Assembly: GCF_001194135.2 (NCBI RefSeq)
Contig: NC_068982.1
Coordinates: forward strand, 179,163,015 to 179,223,184
Direction: 5' to 3'
From: Octopus bimaculoides
Lineage: Eukaryota
Length of the DNA stretch: 60,170 bases
The notes under the pieces are model-generated. The model was not told where the DNA came from and did not search any database. It was given only the letters and a program-made list of their open reading frames with translations. Below, in pieces: positions 54,211-60,170 of the stretch. The translations under genes were made by a program, and so were the position numbers. Numbering within the stretch: the stretch's first letter is position 1; each line of letters begins with the position of its first letter.

Positions 54211-54437
54211 GAGTGGGTGTTAATTGGAAGAAGTCGTAAGGTGTCGGTTTAGTAGTTTTCGGAATATCGCTTGTTGCTTAATGTATAGTTCGTGAAGTGT
54301 TTGTTGGATTGTTACCCTGTTGTTACCCTGCTTCGTTATATATTTTATTGATACTACACGGTTATAGAGTAAACAAGTATCGTCATAAATAGTGACGATA
54401 CTACAGTAATTGGCGACGAGTAAACTAAGTTACAATA
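54211..54437 (+). mobile_element. Second Gypsy LTR segment followed by PBS
   Basis: Colinear with 49687-49918, including the ..ACTACA end (54405) and TGGCGACGAG (54411-54420). Confidence 0.85.
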
Positions 54438-54571
54438 TGTTTTTAAATAACTAAAATGATACTCCATCGATATAAATGTTTAAGATTTATCTTAATGAAA
54501 TAAATTATAGGTGAGAATATCATGCAATTATTTATTAGAAATAGATATGAGATCGAAACCAGCTCATTGGC

Positions 54572-54624
<53 letters not shown>

Positions 54625-54795
54625 ATATAGACATACATTTATGCATATGTATACATATGCACACACACGCACACCCACGTACACATACACACACTCACAC
54701 ATACATGCACAAGCGCACACATACGCTCACACACATACGCACACGCACACACGCATACGCACACACGCACATACATACACGCGCGCGCGCGCACA
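54572..54795. repeat. (CTAT)n and (CA)-rich tracts
   Basis: Read directly from the sequence. Confidence 0.9.
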
Positions 54796-55554
54796 TATAA
54801 ATTCGAAGAGAGAAAATTAGGATTCATAACTTGTAATTTTTTCTAAATAAGCATTTAATTTTTTTTCTGTTTTTTTTTTGTTTCCTATTAACCTTTGTAG
54901 ATATTTCACTTTCAATCTTTCTTTTTTCATTTTCTTTTTTTTTGCATTTCACTTCTTTTGATTGAACATTTTGTAGATTTGTTGTCTATTTTCCAATGGC
55001 TGTTTAGTTTGTATAACTCTATAATTATAATGATATCGAAAACATATTAAAAAAATGACATGATAGTGAAATATCGATATAACATAAAGATAAATAATGA
55101 TATATTTTGATGGTAGATTTATTCCGATAATAAATTCTTTTAAGTAGTGACCGATGATGCCTTTTTTCTTGATATTATGTTATAAAAATGATAAACAAAC
55201 GTTTAGAGTGATTAGGTAAAAAGTTCAGACTTTTCAAATTTACGTCGATTAAGATGTCTTAATTATCTACTGTTGAAATTTGAGAACAAATGCACAATAC
55301 AGATGTCAAAAATATTCTACTTAATGAGTACGAAAAGTGTAAATTTATTACTAAAATACATCAACTGAAAGGCAAGAATTATTAGAAAAAAAGTACATTA
55401 ATGAAGTCGTTCTTATTAATTAACAGTGGATTTAATGAAGTAATAGTAGTCGCATTGTGTGTGTTGATTGAAAACATGTCTTGTTTTCGTTAACTAATCA
55501 ACACAGCTTTGCATTAATGTCTTTTGGAAAGGCATGAACAAAACAATAGCTCAT

Positions 55555-56815
55555 TTTCTCGGTTAAGAATTATAAGTAATCTTATATAATGAAAACTAAT
55601 CATCATAGAATGGTAGTCGTTTCTATCTCTAATCGCAAAACCTCGTTATACCTAGCATGTTGTCCACTACAGATTGAGTAGAAACTACAGCTCTGTAAAA
55701 AGAAAAAAACATTGAAAATTCGATTCTATAACTAATTACTATAGAGAATCTGATCTGTATCTAAAAAGTTAAGAATAAATACTATTACAATATTACAAAT
55801 GGTTAAAATGGGATCTCTGTTCTCTATCTAAATTAATATGCTAACGATATAAAAAATATATAAATGATTAGGCTAGTATCTCTGAGTTGTATATAAAGTT
55901 GAAAGTTACTCTTATGGCATTCAAATAGGGAAGAATGAAATATATATTCCTTTGAATCTGACGGTAAATTTTGTAGTTGGTGATGCAAATAGCCAGGAGC
56001 CAACTTCAGAAANNNNNNNNNNNNNNNNNNNNNNNNNNNNNNNNNNNNNNNNNNNNNNNNNNNNNNNNNNNNNNNNNNNNNNNNNNNNNNNNNNNNNNNN
56101 NNNNNNNNNNNNNNNNNNNNNNNNNNNNNNNNNNNNNNNNNNNNNNNNNNNNNNNNNNNNNNNNNNNNNNNNNNNNNNNNNNNNNNNNNNNNNNNNNNNN
56201 NNNNNNNNNNNNNNNNNNNNNNNNNNNNNNNNNNNNNNNNNNNNNNNNNNNNNNNNNNNNNNNNNNNNNNNNNNNNNNNNNNNNNNNNNNNNNNNNNNNN
56301 NNNNNNNNNNNNNNNNNNNNNNNNNNNNNNNNNNNNNNNNNNNNNNNNNNNNNNNNNTTTCTCGGTTAAGAATTATAAGTAATCTTATATAATGAAAACT
56401 AATCATCATAGAATGGTAGTCGTTTCTATCTCTAATCGCAAAACCTCGTTATACCTAGCATGTTGTCCACTACAGATTGAGTAGAAACTACAGCTCTGTA
56501 AAAAGAAAAAAACATTGAAAATTCGATTCTATAACTAATTACTATAGAGAATCTGATCTGTATCTAAAAAGTTAAGAATAAATACTATTACAATATTACA
56601 AATGGTTAAAATGGGATCTCTGTTCTCTATCTAAATTAATATGCTAACGATATAAAAAATATATAAATGATTAGGCTAGTATCTCTGAGTTGTATATAAA
56701 GTTGAAAGTTACTCTTATGGCATTCAAATAGGGAAGAATGAAATATATATTCCTTTGAATCTGACGGTAAATTTTGTAGTTGGTGATGCAAATAGCCAGG
56801 AGCCAACTTCAGAAA
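55555..56815. repeat. 458-bp apparently identical direct duplication flanking an N gap (probable assembly artefact)
   Basis: 55555-56012 matches 56358-56815 at a constant offset of 803; each copy abuts the gap. Confidence 0.9.
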
Positions 56816-57224
56816 CGACCCACGATTGAATTTATAATTTTGTCGTGAATATCTCGGACTCTTGACAGCTAATTTTAGTTGGTCGAACGAACGCGGAGAA
56901 GTTTCCTGGCTGGTTTTTGACATTAAATATACAATCAGGAAGACAGCTTTATAGAAGAATGTTCATAATATTCATGAGAGTGTTTCCTGTAAAACCTTTA
57001 TTGAAATATTATAAACAGTTTAATTACTAATTGCTATATAAAAGTATGTCCTTGCAAGATGACTTTAACAGCAAATTGGAAATATACAATGGTGACTGGC
57101 CCTAATAGGCAGGAACTCCAGAAATAATAAAGGTAATAAATTATTTGCGTCAGAAGCTGTGTTACAACAAAAAGGTAATCTTTATATCCATCTTAATGTG
57201 TGCTTTTTACGAGTCCGTAATATT

Positions 57225-57790
57225 AGGAACGTTCAGCTGGAAAAGGATGCACGAGACATGCCTGTATACAAAGACGACCGTGTATTTATTGAGTTCGACG
57301 TATCTTCCCTAGTAGTACAGCAAACTGCCAGAAGTCTCGGTCCCCTGTCATCCCTTCTGTGATGCTCAGCATCTGAAGATCCTTTCTTACCACTTCATCC
57401 CACGTCTTCCTTGATCTATCCCTTCCACACGTTCCTTCCACAATTAGAGCTCAGAATTTCTTGAGGCGATGGTATTCATTCATACGCATTACATGACCGT
57501 ACCAGCGCAGTCTTCTCTCTTGCACACTACATTCTATGCCCCTTACACCTAGTTTTTCTCTAAAATCACTTACACTATGTTGTATATGCACGCTGACATT
57601 ACCCATCCAACGGAGCATACACGCTTCACCGCCACCAACTGAAGTACTTGACGTGAGTTCTGTCTGAATCTCTGAATATATATGCCTGAGAATGACCTTT
57701 CTTGAGTGGTACAGCTCAGATCTGCTACTTGATAAACGTGGACGCACTCGATATTACCCATAATAATATCAATTACATTTCTCATAGAAT
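57225..57790 (-). mobile_element. RTE-clade LINE 3' fragment
   Basis: MLRWMGNVSVH..REKLGVRGIECSVQERRLRWYGHVMRM..RKTWDEVVRKDL..GDRDFWQFAVL. Confidence 0.85.
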
Positions 57791-58398
57791 AGACCCATAG
57801 AACTTCATGGGCAATTTTCTATTCACATCTCCCAGCAGCGAAACAGAAACTATGATAAAGCACATGCAACGAAAATATACTGCTAACACAAAGTAGACAA
57901 TGAGAACACCATCAACTTAAATTCAAATTATGGAATTATCAGACAGCACAAAATCATGGATGTTCGCTGTAATGACTCCTTGACTTTCATCAAGAACATA
58001 ATATTCAAAAATAAAACAAAGAATTCCGTACAGAAACTGAGAACAAAGTTGAAAGCTTTAACATTCTCGGCAATTCTGTTCGTGTTTGCAGAAAATGAAG
58101 GAGGAAATTGTACTAGTAAGTTATTTAAAGCAACCTTTAACACAATAACATCTGAAAATCATTGAAACAGCAACATTAACAATGAAATCAATACAAAAAC
58201 ACAATACTTAGCTACAAAACATAGCTTACAAGACAAACTACAATGCTTTGCTGAAGGGCAATAAAAACTATTGTCACCACTGAACGAAATGTAAATTCGT
58301 TAGTTTGGAAGAAAAGATTCGAGTACAGTTAGTAAAGGAATCCTAGCCAGAAGTAAACAAAGTCGTAAAAAAATAAACTTATTCGAATATGTGTAGTA

Positions 58399-58443
<45 letters not shown>

Positions 58444-58703
58444 CATATATATATATANNNNNNNNNNNNNNNNNNNNNNNNNNNNNNNNNNNNNNNNNNN
58501 NNNNNNNNNNNNNNNNNNNNNNNNNNNNNNNNNNNNNNNNNNNNNNNNNNNNNNNNNNNNNNNNNNNNNNNNNNNNNNNNNNNNNNNNNNNNNNNNNNNN
58601 NNNNNNNNNNNNNNNNNNNNNNNNNNNNNNNNNNNNNNNNNNNNNNNNNNNNNNNNNNNNNNNNNNNNNNNNNNNNNNNNNNNNNNNNNNNNTATATATA
58701 TAT

Positions 58704-58746
<43 letters not shown>

Positions 58747-58994
58747 TATAAATATATAAATATAAATTTACTGGCGCGCGTGCGCAAACACACACATGGC
58801 GACGCACACACGCACTCGCACACACAAACACACACAGACACACACGCGCACACATGCACACACATACACGCACACACATATATAGGCCCGGATGTTTTAT
58901 GGGAGCGTGTATGTATAATATACATATACACATATACGTAGATATATATACCTACATATACATACATACATTCATATTTATATCAATGTGTATG

Positions 58995-59034
<40 letters not shown>

Positions 59035-59100
59035 TGTATGTGTGTGTAAGTTTGCTGTGTTTGTATGTCTACAATGTAGGTTTACACACACACACGTATA

Positions 59101-59298
59101 TATAATTATGATTGACCGTTGACTGAACACTATTCAATTTTTTTTCTCCGTGTTTTTCTCCTTGTCTCCGTATTCTTTCTGTTGAAGAGCGTAGCTCGAA
59201 ACGTCAAAGACTTTCCGTATTCCCGAGCGTCATACTAATATATACTTTTGTTATTTACACCACCTGTCCTCGTCTGTTGTTATTATTTGTATATTCTC

Positions 59299-59300
<2 letters not shown>
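59101..59300 (+). mobile_element. Solo Penelope-type pseudo-LTR (family D) between (TA) tracts
   Basis: Homologous to 17345-17525 (CCCGAGCG..ACTAATA..ACACCACCTGTC.TCGTC..ATTCTCCC); followed by (TA)n at 59301-59357. Confidence 0.75.
59174..59210 (+). ncRNA. Minimal type-I hammerhead-like motif, best-preserved copy (A6>U variant)
   Basis: TCTTT CTGTTGA A GAGC[GTA]GCTC GAAA C GTC | AAAGA: 5-bp stem I, 4-bp stem II, loopless palindromic stem III (ACGT), GUC triplet. Confidence 0.7.
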
Positions 59301-59358
<58 letters not shown>

Positions 59359-59882
59359 GTGAACTTTTAAAATCCCCATGACTTAAAAGATGCTAAACCT
59401 AACCAACTACAAAACTTCAAATACTGTACTGAATTCTATGCTTTAACCTTCATATTCTCAAAACGAAAGCTTAGATATCTCAATGATATCCAAATAAAAC
59501 TACCACGAACTAAACCTTGTGGCATATCTGCTGACCAAAACACCATTTCCACCGTACTCCGTTCTTTTGCAAAAGCCTATGACCTGATGATGGCACTCCT
59601 AAATAGCCACAACTAATTACATAGTTCTACACACATAAATAAATTCTGAACAATGACAAAACCCTTGTTTAAACCCCAAATCAGTTTTCCACAATACCTC
59701 TCCATCACAACGTACCCTATAATTTAATTACCCTGGAAAATTTTAACATAATAGAGAATTTATAAAGCTGGGATGAACTCAAAAATGCTTCAGCTGACTG
59801 AAACGTTGCAACGCGTACATTTATTTTGTTGTATGTGAACACTGACGCTTTCTAGATAGGATAACATCCTATTTCCCCATAA

Positions 59883-59933
59883 CAGCTGGCTTATCGACAC
59901 ACGACTGTGTCCTGTTTGTCGATAAGCCAGCTG
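59883..59933. other. Perfect 17-bp inverted repeat with 17-nt spacer
   Basis: CAGCTGGCTTATCGACA (59883-59899) / TGTCGATAAGCCAGCTG (59917-59933). Confidence 0.9.
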
Positions 59934-60170
59934 GAGGAGATGTCCTCCTGGGGCTAAAAGCAACAGTAACATCCACCCCTAGGGGTCAGCTACACTTAAG
60001 TGGCAATATACTACACTTTATCGTGCAGTTACTGTTAATACTTCATTTAGAGAATTAACATTGCTTGTTTTCACCTTTTCGATATCAGTGAAGAATTTCA
60101 CTTGAAAAGAAGATATAAGATTGCCAGGTTTTTGTCTCTCTCACCAAGGTCAGCGGCCATCGGACGCCGA

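Overview
AT-rich, microsatellite-dense eukaryotic DNA with many N gaps flanked by (TA)n or (CA)n, typical of a short-read assembly. The SINE families, microsatellite load and LINE/LTR repertoire resemble a coleoid cephalopod (Octopus-like) genome; this is inference from recalled repeat families, not a database result. I recognise no intact host protein-coding gene, rRNA, true tRNA gene or CRISPR array, so the window looks intronic or intergenic. It holds two decayed full-length mariner elements with TIRs and TA TSDs, five R4/Dong-type (restriction-like endonuclease) LINE fragments, RTE and CR1-type LINE fragments, a decayed Ty3/Gypsy element, a solo LTR, a Penelope-like 3' end and three tRNA-derived SINE families (called A, B, C here). 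The most interesting signal is four minimal type-I hammerhead-ribozyme-like folds in two repeat families. One family is a Penelope pseudo-LTR. The other is a tRNA-headed SINE with the layout tRNA head - (AAT)n - hammerhead - tail, and in one copy its (AAT)n linker has been used as the landing site of an R4/Dong LINE. Also notable are a pair of duplicated 33-nt candidate micro-exons, a perfect 17-bp hairpin and a SINE/LINE shared 3' tail. All alignments and translations were done by eye; TE boundaries are approximate unless a TIR or TSD is quoted.
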